Shown: one piece after another, positions 1 through 9,500 of the stretch | Layout: each line of letters starts with the position of its first letter | Position numbering within the stretch: the stretch's first letter is position 1 | Assembly (NCBI RefSeq): GCF_003231495.1 | Contig: NZ_PQWO01000004.1 | Coordinates: forward strand, 150,001-182,000 | DNA from: Acaryochloris thomasi RCC1774 | Lineage (GTDB): Bacteria > Cyanobacteriota > Cyanobacteriia > Thermosynechococcales > Thermosynechococcaceae | Length of the DNA: 32,000 nucleotides | Direction: 5' to 3' | Program-made: the position numbers and the translations under genes | Notes under the pieces: model-generated | The model's input: only the letters and a program-made list of their open reading frames with translations | Databases searched by the model: none | What the model was told of the DNA's origin: nothing

Positions 1-180
1 GTTCAGTCGTTAGGGGCCGATACTGCGATGCGGCTCGATGGTGGGGGGTCAACTACTGTTGCGATCGCAACCGACACCGGCCCTCAAACCCTAAATGCAG
101 TGATTCATGGCAAAGTGCCGGGGCAAGAACGTCCTGTCGCTAATCACCTTGGTTTTTTTGCTGCACCGCTACAACCTTGA
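1..180 (+). CDS. Phosphodiester glycosidase family protein (DUF2233/NAGPA-like), C-terminal fragment; 5' end lies outside the window
   Basis: Frame 1 is open from base 1 to TGA at 178-180. Translation is ...GADTAMRLDGGGSTTVAIATD...VIHGKVPGQERPVANHLGFFAAPLQP. The LDGGGS motif and tail are typical of this family as I remember it. Confidence 0.55.
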   Translation, partial: VQSLGADTAMRLDGGGSTTVAIATDTGPQTLNAVIHGKVPGQERPVANHLGFFAAPLQP

Positions 181-279
181 ACACTTGTCTAAATATGCAG
201 CACATTGGCGGAACAGCTGTGCTGAGGGAAAAGTTCCTAGCAGCATCCACTGCTGATGAGTCAATCTTTGCGCTTGACT

Positions 280-339
280 GTTCATGGGAAAGTTCCAGGA
301 CAAGACCGACCTATCGCTAATCATCTTTGTTTTGGCTAG
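280..339 (+). pseudogene. Degenerate duplicate of the last ~20 codons of the upstream phosphodiester-glycosidase gene
   Basis: 280-339 translates VHGKVPGQDRPIANHLCFG*, against VIHGKVPGQERPVANHLGFFA at 98-160. Nucleotide alignment by eye is roughly three-quarters identical over ~60 nt. There is no start codon or upstream ORF. Confidence 0.45.
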
Positions 340-362
340 CTGACCTTGTCATACCTAAAGGA

Positions 363-390
363 CAAATTTTATACATATGTATAAAATTTG
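363..390. repeat. Perfect 28-bp AT-rich palindrome (caaattttatacat|atgtataaaatttg) between convergent genes
   Basis: Read directly; the reverse complement of 363-376 equals 377-390. An 8-bp inverted repeat follows it (tcgcttcc 395-402 / ggaagcga 421-428). Confidence 0.9.
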
Positions 391-466
391 CCTGTCGCTT
401 CCGCCTCTGACACCTCAGAAGGAAGCGATCTCTAGGGTTCTTTCGTCTGCTCTGTGGCGTCTAGGT

Positions 467-979
467 TTACCCTAGTTTCTGAACAGAACTTCCATGTAAC
501 AAAGGCATAATGTAAGCGCCTAACCCTAGCCCAGAGACTGCTCCAAATACAGTCACAATGGGATTGCTGTAGTCCCACCAACCCAAAGCCTGGGCGCGCA
601 GTTCAAAGGGATAAACCAAGCAGAGTAAGAGGGTTAACAGCAAGCCCAGCAAGCCATACTGATGCAGCCAGTATCGACCTTTTCCCTGATCTTTCTCAAC
701 CCAATATCTCGTTGCCATAAGCCCCATGAGTGTGCCAAAGCAGCGCATACAGACCGCCATCAAATTGGGGGGCCACAGCGCCAAGCCCATCTCAGGCTGC
801 GGACAAACATGATTGCCCATGAAGTAGATAATGTCGGCAATCTGCGGCAGGATTGGTAATGGAGCAGCGGCTAAAAACGGGGCTGCTAGAGGGCCGCTGA
901 CTAAGGCTGCAAGAATAACATCAGCCGTAACGCTGCGCCAGGGGCGTTGTTTGGCAATGGGTAGGCTCGTGTTCTGCAT
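467..979 (-). CDS. DUF2085-like integral membrane protein
   Basis: 170-aa ORF with several hydrophobic segments. The motif HVCPQ...(16 aa)...VCMRCFGTLMG resembles the H-x-C-H/P-Q ... C-x-R-C-x-G signature of DUF2085. Confidence 0.6.
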   Translation of the reverse strand: MQNTSLPIAKQRPWRSVTADVILAALVSGPLAAPFLAAAPLPILPQIADIIYFMGNHVCPQPEMGLALWPPNLMAVCMRCFGTLMGLMATRYWVEKDQGKGRYWLHQYGLLGLLLTLLLCLVYPFELRAQALGWWDYSNPIVTVFGAVSGLGLGAYIMPLLHGSSVQKLG

Positions 980-988
980 TTTATCTCC

Positions 989-1627
989 TCAAAATTCAAT
1001 CCCAGCTTGGGCTTTGACGCCCTGTTCGCGAAAGGGATGTTTCACCATTGTCATTTCAGTCACGAGATCGGCTTGCTCAATTAAAGCCTCTGGCGCGCCC
1101 CTGCCGGTCAAAATGACGTGGGACATTTCAGGCTTGCTGGTCAGTCCTTGTATAACAGCATCAGTTTCTAGGTATCCATGTTTGAGCGCTATATTCACTT
1201 CATCGAGCAAAACAAGCTGATAGTCAGGATCCTGGATATAGCTGAGGGCGGTTTGCCATGCTTTCTGGGCCTTTTGAGTGTCGCGATCGCGATCCTGAGT
1301 TTCCCAAGTAAACCCTTCGCCCATCGCATGAAACATCAACTGGTCCGGCCACTGCTCCAGAACAGCCTTCTCCGCAGGTTCCCAGGCCCCCTTAATAAAT
1401 TGAACGATCGCAACCTTGTAGCCGTGACCGAGAGATCGCAATACTATCCCCAACGCCGCTGTGGTTTTCCCCTTACCGTTGCCCGTATGGACAATCACCA
1501 GCCCCTTTTCTTTAGAGCGTTCAGCCACCCGCTGATCCTGCACTTCCTTACGCCGCCGCATCTTTTGCTGATGCTGTTCTGCCGTCAATCCCTCGGTCCG
1601 GGATTCGGTGGCGGTGGAGTCAGTCAT
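989..1627 (-). CDS. cobO: Cob(I)yrinic acid a,c-diamide adenosyltransferase (CobO/BtuR)
   Basis: P-loop VHTGNGKGKTTAALG, then FIKG...LLDE...PEALIEQADLVTEM, typical of CobO. The ORF track starts at a TTG (1684); the first ATG is at 1627 (MTDSTATE...), which I prefer. Confidence 0.9.
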   Translation of the reverse strand: MTDSTATESRTEGLTAEQHQQKMRRRKEVQDQRVAERSKEKGLVIVHTGNGKGKTTAALGIVLRSLGHGYKVAIVQFIKGAWEPAEKAVLEQWPDQLMFHAMGEGFTWETQDRDRDTQKAQKAWQTALSYIQDPDYQLVLLDEVNIALKHGYLETDAVIQGLTSKPEMSHVILTGRGAPEALIEQADLVTEMTMVKHPFREQGVKAQAGIEF

Positions 1628-1806
1628 ATCACTAACGTTTGATAGGTCTGTCTTAATCTTACGTGTTTGGCAAGGCAAGGCCAATATCTCATGTCATACC
1701 CATCCTTCCCAACGCAGATTGTGACTGCTGGCGAAGACTACATATACAACAAAGCCCCTCCCAATAATCTGAGAAAGGACTTCATTATATAAAGAAGGGA
1801 CGAGGC

Positions 1807-4368
1807 TTAAATCACCGTTGCGGTGAAGCTAGAGTCCGTCACCTCAGAATTCTCTAATGTAATTGTGACCGGCTCAACCTTCCAGATTTCTCGACAGTAA
1901 TCTTGAATAGAGCGATCGGAAGAGAATTTACCCATCCGGGCTGCATTCAGAATCGACATATGCGTCCAGCGGTCCTGGTCACGATAGGCTAAGCCCACCT
2001 GCTCCTGACAGTCAATATAGGACTGGTAGTCGGCCAGCAGAAAATACTGATCATGGTGCAGCAAGCTATCAACTAACGGCTTGAATAACTCTGTATCACC
2101 GTGGGAGAAGAACCCAGAAGCAATCCGATCGAGGGCCAGCCTCAGTTCTGCATTGCTGTTGTAGTACTCCATCGGGTTGTAGCCGCTAGCCCGCTTGGCA
2201 TAAACCTGCTCCGCTGTGAGGCCAAACAAGAAAAAGTTCTCGGCCCCCACTTCCTCACGAATTTCGACGTTAGCTCCGTCCAACGTACCGATGGTCAGCG
2301 CGCCGTTGAGAGCAAACTTCATGTTGCCGGTTCCAGAGGCTTCTTTGCCTGCTGTAGAGATTTGCTCCGATAGATCAGCTGCAGGATAAATCCGCTGCGC
2401 TAGCTTGACGTTATAGTTCTTCAAGAACACTACTTTCAGCCGACCGCGCACATCAGGATCTCGATTGATCACATCTGCAACTGAGTTGATCAGCTTAATG
2501 ATCAGCTTCGCCATAAAGTAACCCGGAGCAGCCTTACCACCAAAGATAAAGGTGCGAGGGGTAATCTCAATATCTGGGTTGGCTTTGATGCGGTTGTAGA
2601 GCGTCACAATATGGAGCAAATCAAGGTACTGACGCTTATATTCGTGGAAGCGCTTCGCCAAAATATCGAAGATTGAATTGGGGTCTACGATAATTCCATT
2701 GTGCTTCTGAATGTAAGCTGCCAATTCCTGCTTGTTGGCCTGCTTAATTTGCCGCCACTGTTGCTGAAATTCTGGATTATCGGCCCAGGCTTCTAGCTTC
2801 TGTAGCTCCCCTAGATTTTTGATCCAGGTGTCGCCAATCTTGCTGGTCACCAGCTCCGTTAAGGCGGGGTTGCTCAGCACCATAAACCGTCGCGGCGTGA
2901 CGCCATTGGTTTTGTTCTGAAACTTGCCCGGATACATCTGATAAAAGTCGTATAGAACATCCTGCTTCAGCAGTTCTGTGTGGAGGGCCGCCACGCCGTT
3001 AATGGCATGACTTCCGACGCAGGCGAGGTGCGCCATCCGTACATATCGTTCGCCAGATTCGTCAATCAACGACATGCGTGAGAGGCGACTGTCATCTTCT
3101 GGGAACTTGATCCGCACTTCGTCTAAAAAGCGGTCGTTGAGTTCATAGATAATTTCTAGATGGCGAGGTAAGAGACTGCCGAATAACTCCACCGGCCAGC
3201 GCTCTAAGGCTTCGGGTAGAAGCGTATGATTGGTGTAAGCAAAGGTCCGCTGCGTGATCGACCAAGCACTATCCCAGCTCATGTGGTGCATATCAATCAG
3301 AAGCCGCATCAGTTCGGCAACTGCGATTGCCGGGTGCGTATCATTGAGCTGCACCGCAAACTTCTCGTGGAATTTCTCAAGGGGCAGTTCTTGGCCGACC
3401 AGAATGCGGATCATATCCTGCAGTGAACAGGAGACAAAGAAGTATTGCTGGGTTAGCCGCAGCTTCTTACCCTGGGACGAGTCATCGTTGGGATATAACA
3501 CCTTAGAGATGTTCTCAGAGACCACCTTCTCGTAGACGGCCCCGAGATAGTCTCCAGAGTTGAACGCATTGAAGTTAAACGATTCGGGTGCTTCTGCAGT
3601 CCACAGACGCAGGGTATTAGCAGTATTGGTCTGGCAGCCGAGAATCGGCGTGTCGTAGGGAATTCCGGTGACCTGCTGATCGGGAACCCAGCGAATCCGA
3701 TACCGGCCATGATCGTCAACGTAGTGATCGGTATGGCCGCCTAGCTTCACTTCCACGGCCCACTCAGGACGCGCAATTTCCCACGGATTACCGAAGCGCA
3801 GCCATTTATCGGTGATCTCAACTTGCCAGCCATCTTCAATCTCTTGGTCAAAGATGCCAAACTCATAGCGGATGCCGTATCCCAGCGACGGGATTTCTAG
3901 GGTGGCGAGGGAATCTAGATAACAGGCCGCCAGTCGTCCTAAACCGCCGTTGCCGAGACCAGGCTCTTCTTCCTGTTCTAGTAGTTCGCCGAGATTGAGA
4001 CCCATCTCCGCAATCCCTTTTTCGACATCTTTATAGATATCAAGATTGATCAGGTTGTTGCCGAGGTGTGGGCCCATCAGGAATTCGGCAGAGAAATAGG
4101 CGACGGTGCGAGATCCTTGAGCAGTATAGATGGCAGCGGTATTAATCCAGCGCTGCAGGAGGCGATCACGAATGGCGTAGGCAAGGGCCATGTAGTAGTC
4201 ATTGGGGGTTGCCAGTGCCTTGAACTTGCCCTGAACATAGAAAAGGTTGTTGAGAAAGGCCCGCTTTAGAGTTGAGGGACTCATGCCCGTGCGGCCATCT
4301 TCTAGGTAGCCTTCGCACCGCGGATCTTCAAAGCTGTTGTACTGCAGAGTAGTGTCTTGTTCAGTCAT
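1807..4368 (-). CDS. glgP: Glycogen/maltodextrin phosphorylase
   Basis: 853 aa. Motifs are EEPGLGNGGLGRLAAC, the NDTHP motif, and the PLP-lysine motif EASGTGNMKFALNGALTIGTLDGANVEI. Confidence 0.95.
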   Translation of the reverse strand: MTEQDTTLQYNSFEDPRCEGYLEDGRTGMSPSTLKRAFLNNLFYVQGKFKALATPNDYYMALAYAIRDRLLQRWINTAAIYTAQGSRTVAYFSAEFLMGPHLGNNLINLDIYKDVEKGIAEMGLNLGELLEQEEEPGLGNGGLGRLAACYLDSLATLEIPSLGYGIRYEFGIFDQEIEDGWQVEITDKWLRFGNPWEIARPEWAVEVKLGGHTDHYVDDHGRYRIRWVPDQQVTGIPYDTPILGCQTNTANTLRLWTAEAPESFNFNAFNSGDYLGAVYEKVVSENISKVLYPNDDSSQGKKLRLTQQYFFVSCSLQDMIRILVGQELPLEKFHEKFAVQLNDTHPAIAVAELMRLLIDMHHMSWDSAWSITQRTFAYTNHTLLPEALERWPVELFGSLLPRHLEIIYELNDRFLDEVRIKFPEDDSRLSRMSLIDESGERYVRMAHLACVGSHAINGVAALHTELLKQDVLYDFYQMYPGKFQNKTNGVTPRRFMVLSNPALTELVTSKIGDTWIKNLGELQKLEAWADNPEFQQQWRQIKQANKQELAAYIQKHNGIIVDPNSIFDILAKRFHEYKRQYLDLLHIVTLYNRIKANPDIEITPRTFIFGGKAAPGYFMAKLIIKLINSVADVINRDPDVRGRLKVVFLKNYNVKLAQRIYPAADLSEQISTAGKEASGTGNMKFALNGALTIGTLDGANVEIREEVGAENFFLFGLTAEQVYAKRASGYNPMEYYNSNAELRLALDRIASGFFSHGDTELFKPLVDSLLHHDQYFLLADYQSYIDCQEQVGLAYRDQDRWTHMSILNAARMGKFSSDRSIQDYCREIWKVEPVTITLENSEVTDSSFTATVI

Positions 4369-4577
4369 CTTGAGTTGTGTGAGACTCCTGTGTTGGGCAA
4401 TGAATAATACAGAGGGCTTAACTCTATTTTTTGCTCGATTTTAAATAGCTGCAGCTTGCAAGCGGAGAATCTTGAAGCGCGTCCAAAGCTTGCTGTGCTG
4501 CAGACTTTTTCTATAGGATTTAAATAATCCTATCCTACTGGCCTCGCTCGGCAATGGACCGGAACTTAGGATTGCTT

Positions 4578-5048
4578 TTAGCTTTGCAGGGGCTTGATCA
4601 AGGTGCGGGCATGGGTGGTGTAGCCAAGATGCGTATAGAGCGCCTGAGCCGGTTGACTGGTTTCAAAAACCTGCAGACCTAGTTTGCGATCGCGTCTCTC
4701 CTTAGCCCAAGCTTCTGCCTGTCGCATTAATGCAGTTCCAATCCCCTGACGACGATAGGCTGGCATCACATACAGCAACAGAACATGGGTGTAATGCTCC
4801 CCTGTAACCTGATCGATGGCCCGTCCCAGCCAGAGGCAGGCAATGGCTGGGGCCTCGACTGACGCCACAAACCAGACAGGGGAATCTTTAGACCAGTACT
4901 GACTAACAGTTTCAGCCAGATGTTCAATCTGGCATTGAGGATAAGCCTCTCGATAGGTTTTTTGCATAAACGTCAGCAGCAGTGCCTGATCAGCTAATCG
5001 CCCCAAGCGCAACTGAAACCCCGGCTGGTCGAAGGCGGGTGCTCTCAC
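4578..5048 (-). CDS. GNAT family N-acetyltransferase
   Basis: 156 aa. The acetyl-CoA motif YRRQGIGTALMRQAEAWA (Q/R-x-x-G-x-G/A) is in a typical GNAT position. GTG start. Confidence 0.8.
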   Translation of the reverse strand: MRAPAFDQPGFQLRLGRLADQALLLTFMQKTYREAYPQCQIEHLAETVSQYWSKDSPVWFVASVEAPAIACLWLGRAIDQVTGEHYTHVLLLYVMPAYRRQGIGTALMRQAEAWAKERRDRKLGLQVFETSQPAQALYTHLGYTTHARTLIKPLQS

Positions 5049-5050
5049 AC

Positions 5051-5278
5051 CTAAAGCTGTGGTGCTGAGATCACAAGACTCGCCAAAGCTGGAATTGTCG
5101 GCAGCTGCGCCGTATCTTCTATCTCAACGGGAGCGGGCTGGGCCATATCTGTGGGCAAAAAGATGCGAGCACTGACGGCAAGCAGCGCCACTAGAAAAAT
5201 AACGACGATGAATAGGGGGGCAATGTATTGTCGGAAAAAGGCCATGGTCGATTCTTCAAGATTAGGGAGTACTTCCAT
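5051..5278 (-). CDS. Small single-pass membrane protein, hypothetical (start may be the ATG at 5245)
   Basis: 75-aa ORF with one clear TM segment (YIAPLFIVVIFLVALLAVSARIF). It ends 2 nt upstream of the GNAT gene start, suggesting co-transcription. Confidence 0.4.
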   Translation of the reverse strand: MEVLPNLEESTMAFFRQYIAPLFIVVIFLVALLAVSARIFLPTDMAQPAPVEIEDTAQLPTIPALASLVISAPQL

Positions 5279-5432
5279 CCTAAAGGGTACAGTCGGTGGC
5301 CTCTAATCAGCGACTTGGATTTATTTTTATTTGATTAGAGATAAATATGGGGTCATCAGTTTATGATCAGAGCCTGTTATAAGTAGAGTTCAAAATAAAC
5401 CTGACGCTTTGATGTAATTTTTAAGTAACAGC

Positions 5433-5912
5433 ATGGTCTTAGACGTAGGCGATTCAGCGCCAGATTTTACACTTCCGAATCAAGACGAGGCACCCATCTC
5501 GTTAGCTAGTTTTCAAGGTCAGTGGGTCGTTCTCTATTTCTATCCTCGGGATAATACGCCGGGATGTACGAAAGAGGCTTGCGGATTTCGAGATTGCAAC
5601 TCTGACTATCAAGCCCGCAACGTCCAGATTCTGGGCATTAGTCCCGACACCGCTAAATCCCACCAAAAGTTTATCGAGAAGCAAACCCTACCCTTTACCC
5701 TTTTGAGCGATCCTGACTCAGAGGTCGCCCGTGCCTATGAAAGCTACGGTCTGAAGAAGTTTATGGGCAAAGAATATGACGGTGTCTATCGCCAGACCTT
5801 TATCATTGATCCCCAAGGACAGTTGGCAAAAATTTACCGCAAAGTGAAGCCAGCGGAACATGCTGAACAGGTTCTTCAGGATTTAGAAACCCTTCAAAGT
5901 AACTTCCAATAG
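5433..5912 (+). CDS. bcp: Thioredoxin-dependent peroxiredoxin, BCP/PrxQ type
   Basis: 159 aa. YFYPRDNTPGCTKEACGFRD carries peroxidatic and resolving Cys spaced C-x4-C, which is diagnostic for BCP/PrxQ. Confidence 0.9.
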   Translation: MVLDVGDSAPDFTLPNQDEAPISLASFQGQWVVLYFYPRDNTPGCTKEACGFRDCNSDYQARNVQILGISPDTAKSHQKFIEKQTLPFTLLSDPDSEVARAYESYGLKKFMGKEYDGVYRQTFIIDPQGQLAKIYRKVKPAEHAEQVLQDLETLQSNFQ

Positions 5913-5925
5913 GTACCGATCAGGA

Positions 5926-6381
5926 ATGGTGCAACAACTCTTGCATTTTTGGCAGACCGTACTCGGGGTGATTTTCCGGCATCCGGTTATTGGCGTTAGT
6001 ATCATTCCCATTCTTGATGATGGCCGCATTATTCTCGTCAAGCGCCGCGATAATCAGCAATGGAGCTTCCCCGGTGGCTTTGTCGATTGGGGCGAAACCC
6101 TCGCTGAGACAGTGCATCGAGAGCTAGAAGAAGAGACGGGGCTGCGCGTAAAGCAAATGGGCCGCCTTGTGGGTGTCTATTCAGCTCCTGACCGTGATTC
6201 TCGCCTCCACTCTATCTGTGTCGCCATTGAGGCCCAAGTCGAAGGTGACTATCGCGTTCAGGAAGCTGAAATTCTAGAAATTCAAGCCTTTCTTCCTGAT
6301 GATGTCGCCCAGGAGAAGCTGAGTCACGATCACGATCGCCAGTTTCAGGATTACCGGCAAGGTAAAACGGCGCTGGCTTGA
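5926..6381 (+). CDS. NUDIX hydrolase
   Basis: The Nudix box GGFVDWGETLAETVHRELEEETGL matches G-x5-E-x7-REUxEExGU. Confidence 0.85.
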   Translation: MVQQLLHFWQTVLGVIFRHPVIGVSIIPILDDGRIILVKRRDNQQWSFPGGFVDWGETLAETVHRELEEETGLRVKQMGRLVGVYSAPDRDSRLHSICVAIEAQVEGDYRVQEAEILEIQAFLPDDVAQEKLSHDHDRQFQDYRQGKTALA

Positions 6382-6498
6382 TCTGCGACTCTACGCAAAG
6401 GCATTAAACGCGAGTATGATATTCCTTTGCCAACCGCTAGAGATCTCGTGCAGACCATGATCAATGTAGGGCGCTTACTTTTAAGGCCGTGGACCGGG

Positions 6499-8121
6499 AT
6501 GCAGCGGTTCGTTGTACTGCTCTGTGTGTCGCTTTTACTGGTGGTAAGCTGTGGTCCTAAACCCTCTGCCGATGGGCCATCAGCGGTTAATAACGGTGAC
6601 TTTATTACCATCGGCACGACCTCGAAATTACGAACGCTAGATCCGGCTGATGCCTACGATATCTTCTCCGGTATTTTGCTTAACAACATGGGGGAACGGC
6701 TGTATACCTACGAGCTAGGGTCAACAAAGCTGGTACCTCAGTTAGCGACCGCTTTACCCGAAGTGAGTGAAGACGGCTTGACCTACATAATTCCCCTGCG
6801 AGAAGGCGTACAGTTCCATGACGGGACGCCCTTCAACGCGAAGGCAATGGCTTTTTCTCTGCGACGCTTCATTGAGAATGGCGGCCAGCCGTCGTTCTTA
6901 TTGGCAGATGCCATTGAGTCGGTGAAGCCCACGGCAGAATATGAACTGACCATTGAGCTAAAGCAGCCCTTCTCAGCCCTGCCGGCCCTCCTAAGCTTCT
7001 TCGGAGCCTGCGCCGTTTCGCCGAAGGCCTACGATGTCGGCCCTGGTAAATTTGCCCCCGATACCTTTGTGGGGACGGGACCATACAAGCTTGCCCGGTA
7101 CGGCCCCGATCTGCTGCAGCTCCAAGCCTTTGATCAGTACTGGGGCGAAAAACCGGCCAACCCCGGCGTCAGTATTCAACTGCTCACCGATGCGCCCAAT
7201 CTATTCAATGCTTTTCAGACCGGGGCGGTGGATGTCGCCTATCAAAACCTAGAGCCAGAACAGGTGCAGAATCTGCGGCAAGATGCAGATAAGTCGGGCT
7301 GGAAGGTGATTGAAGCCCAGGGCACAGGCGTCACGTATTTGGTCCTGAATCTCAAGCAGGAACCACTCGATAATGTGGCGGTACGGCGCGCCATTGCAGC
7401 CATTGTGGACCGACCGCTGATTAACAAGCGGGTCTATCAGGGGCAGGCAGAACCGATTTATAGCCTCTTGCCTACGGCTTTTGAGAGCTACTCACCCGTC
7501 TTCAAAGAATCCTATGGTGATGGCAATGCCGAAGTGGCGCAGAAGTATCTCGATGAAGCCGGATACTCCACTGAAAATCCGCTGAGGCTGGAGCTGTGGT
7601 ATCCGTCGAACTCTGTGCCCCGAAGTCTGATTGCCAGTCTGCTGAAGGCGTTTGCAAAAGATAAGCTTGATGGCGCTGTGGAGTTAGAAATTAATAGCGT
7701 CGATTCTGCTACCGCGTTCCAAAACGTGAGTAAAGGAATTTATCCGTCGCTGCTGGTGACCTGGTTCCCTGACTTTTTTGATCCTGACACCTATATTCAG
7801 CCCTTTTTATCCTGCTTGAAGGGATCGCAGGAAGAGGGGTGTGAAGAAGGCGCAAGTCAGTCTCAGGGGTCGTTTTACTACAGTGATGATGCTAATGCCT
7901 TGGTGAAACAGCAGCGGCGCACCCTCGATCCTGAGAAGCGACAGGCGATTTTCGGTGAGCTGCAGGAAATCTTAGCGGATGATGTTCCCTATATTCCGCT
8001 GGTGCAGAGTAAAGAATATGCCTTTGCCCAGCAAAATATTGAGGGTGTGCAAATCAGCCCCACACAGCAGTTCCCGTTCTGGACCCTTCAGCGAGATACC
8101 GCTCAGGCTCAGGAAAATTAG
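6499..8121 (+). CDS. ABC transporter substrate-binding lipoprotein, family 5 (peptide/nickel/opine type)
   Basis: Length and motifs (TLDPA..., FHDGTPFNA, GTGPYKL...) fit SBP family 5. The ORF opens at 6427, but the ATG at 6499 gives a lipoprotein signal MQRFVVLLCVSLLLVVSCG (lipobox LVVSC). Confidence 0.85.
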   Translation: MQRFVVLLCVSLLLVVSCGPKPSADGPSAVNNGDFITIGTTSKLRTLDPADAYDIFSGILLNNMGERLYTYELGSTKLVPQLATALPEVSEDGLTYIIPLREGVQFHDGTPFNAKAMAFSLRRFIENGGQPSFLLADAIESVKPTAEYELTIELKQPFSALPALLSFFGACAVSPKAYDVGPGKFAPDTFVGTGPYKLARYGPDLLQLQAFDQYWGEKPANPGVSIQLLTDAPNLFNAFQTGAVDVAYQNLEPEQVQNLRQDADKSGWKVIEAQGTGVTYLVLNLKQEPLDNVAVRRAIAAIVDRPLINKRVYQGQAEPIYSLLPTAFESYSPVFKESYGDGNAEVAQKYLDEAGYSTENPLRLELWYPSNSVPRSLIASLLKAFAKDKLDGAVELEINSVDSATAFQNVSKGIYPSLLVTWFPDFFDPDTYIQPFLSCLKGSQEEGCEEGASQSQGSFYYSDDANALVKQQRRTLDPEKRQAIFGELQEILADDVPYIPLVQSKEYAFAQQNIEGVQISPTQQFPFWTLQRDTAQAQEN

Positions 8122-8266
8122 CTATCCTTTTCCAAAGGTTGTAGGAAAAGTCTGATGGTTAATGGCTGAGCGTTGAGATCACGATCAATCATCCTTAAGG
8201 CGTCACGCTGTACAGATTAGAGATGAGAGCTAACGCTACAATCGTCGAACAGCCAGAACAAATACT

Positions 8267-9319
8267 ATGGTTTTAAGTCGATATCGCACTCTTTTCTTGG
8301 CCTTGCTGGGCTTGGTACTGGTGATCACGCTCGGTATCTGGACTTCCTCCGCGGAGGAACCCTGTAGCTATGATCCTGCAGCCTATCGAGGACTGGAACT
8401 GTCTCGATTGACAACGGAGCTAGAAGGCACTGGAATGGTGGGCCGTATGCATGGGGCAGCAGCAGACGCTAATTTATTTGTGCTGTCGGTGCGTGACCCT
8501 GACAGCTTTTTTAAGCACCGTGAGTTCTCGCTGTTGGCTCGTGATGACCAGACTCGAAAAAAACTCGGCCAGTTGAATCGGCACGATCAGATTTGTGTGC
8601 AGGGTCGTTTGCTTGATAATCCAAGCCCGCAAAAGCATGTCGAGCTGAAGTCGGTTCAGGTCTTAGACCACTGGGCAGGTTTGGACGCGTTTCCTGAATA
8701 TGAACATACCGTCGATCTGCCAGAGGAGCTGAAGTCTCAGTCGAGTTTTGTGGGTAAAGTCCACGCAATCGGGGCTGAGGGCACAATTTTGGTGATGGAA
8801 TACAAGGATGGGGTGCTGCCGATTTTTGTCCAGGCACCGGACCTCACGAAGAATCTCTATCGAGGTGATATTGTACGTTTGGCTTATAAGATTCAACAGT
8901 GGCCGCAGCAGCCTACCCATCTGCAGCTTAATGCTGAGGCGGAGCAGCCGATGGAAGTGTTAGATGCGATCGCATCTCTCCACAACCAACCTAAAACCTA
9001 CTCCGGCAAGCTGGTGAAGTTTCCGCAAAGCCCGCAGCTTAATTTCGATGTCTACGCCATTGAAGTTGAAACCCAAGGGATCAACCGAACCTTCACGCTC
9101 GTCAATTTTGAGAACCCAGAGGAATTCAAGAACATTCGAGATAAGCTAGCAGAGATCTGGGATAGCCATACCGAAACCATCACTACCGGGCGCAATATGT
9201 TGATTAACCCAGAAGTCATTGTGGAAGCCACGGGCAATATCAACGTTGTCTCTACGGAGCAGGCCAATCCTCAAATCTTACTGAAAACGACTGCAGACTT
9301 TGAGATGCAGGCATCCTAG
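8267..9319 (+). CDS. Hypothetical protein with N-terminal signal/anchor
   Basis: 350-aa ORF with an N-terminal hydrophobic segment (LFLALLGLVLVITLGIW). No competing ORF and no family recognised. Confidence 0.6.
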   Translation: MVLSRYRTLFLALLGLVLVITLGIWTSSAEEPCSYDPAAYRGLELSRLTTELEGTGMVGRMHGAAADANLFVLSVRDPDSFFKHREFSLLARDDQTRKKLGQLNRHDQICVQGRLLDNPSPQKHVELKSVQVLDHWAGLDAFPEYEHTVDLPEELKSQSSFVGKVHAIGAEGTILVMEYKDGVLPIFVQAPDLTKNLYRGDIVRLAYKIQQWPQQPTHLQLNAEAEQPMEVLDAIASLHNQPKTYSGKLVKFPQSPQLNFDVYAIEVETQGINRTFTLVNFENPEEFKNIRDKLAEIWDSHTETITTGRNMLINPEVIVEATGNINVVSTEQANPQILLKTTADFEMQAS

Positions 9320-9500
9320 ACATCATTAGTCAGGAGAAACAGTCTTGTGAACTGCGATGGCCGAAGGTCGGTCGGAGACCATCGCAGCCTGTGGAAAAGC
9401 CTGTGGATAAACTGTGCCGTTGGTCAGTGTCGAGTTAGTGGCATAGTCACCCACTTGTGGGTCACAAAACACAACAAGCTGCCGAAGCTTGAGTAAAGAT

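Noticed and set aside
831-1642. Two + strand ORFs (831-1220, 1178-1642) of 129 and 154 aa
   Set aside because: They are entirely antisense to the well-supported DUF2085 and cobO genes. Their translations are low-complexity (R/S/P/L-rich) with no motifs. They are typical shadow ORFs.
1685-1806. Possible cobalamin riboswitch upstream of cobO
   Set aside because: Only 122 nt (179 nt if the ATG at 1627 is the true cobO start) lie between cobO and the end of glgP. I see no B12-box-like element or the extensive paired structure expected of the class.
2101-4269. Several 60-93-aa ORFs on both strands inside glgP
   Set aside because: They are nested within an 853-aa gene with unmistakable phosphorylase motifs. 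They have no independent signals.
4449-4503. Imperfect inverted repeat (ctgcagcttgcaagc ... gcttgctgtgctgcag) between the GNAT gene and glgP, considered as a terminator
   Set aside because: The stem has mismatches, the loop is ~23 nt, and no clear U-tract follows on the minus strand. It is too weak to annotate.
9352-9387. 9-bp inverted repeat ctgcgatgg / ccatcgcag after the 8267-9319 gene, plus the direct repeat cctgtgga x2
   Set aside because: The loop is 18 nt and there is no T-tract. It may be a terminator, but the sequence alone does not support one.
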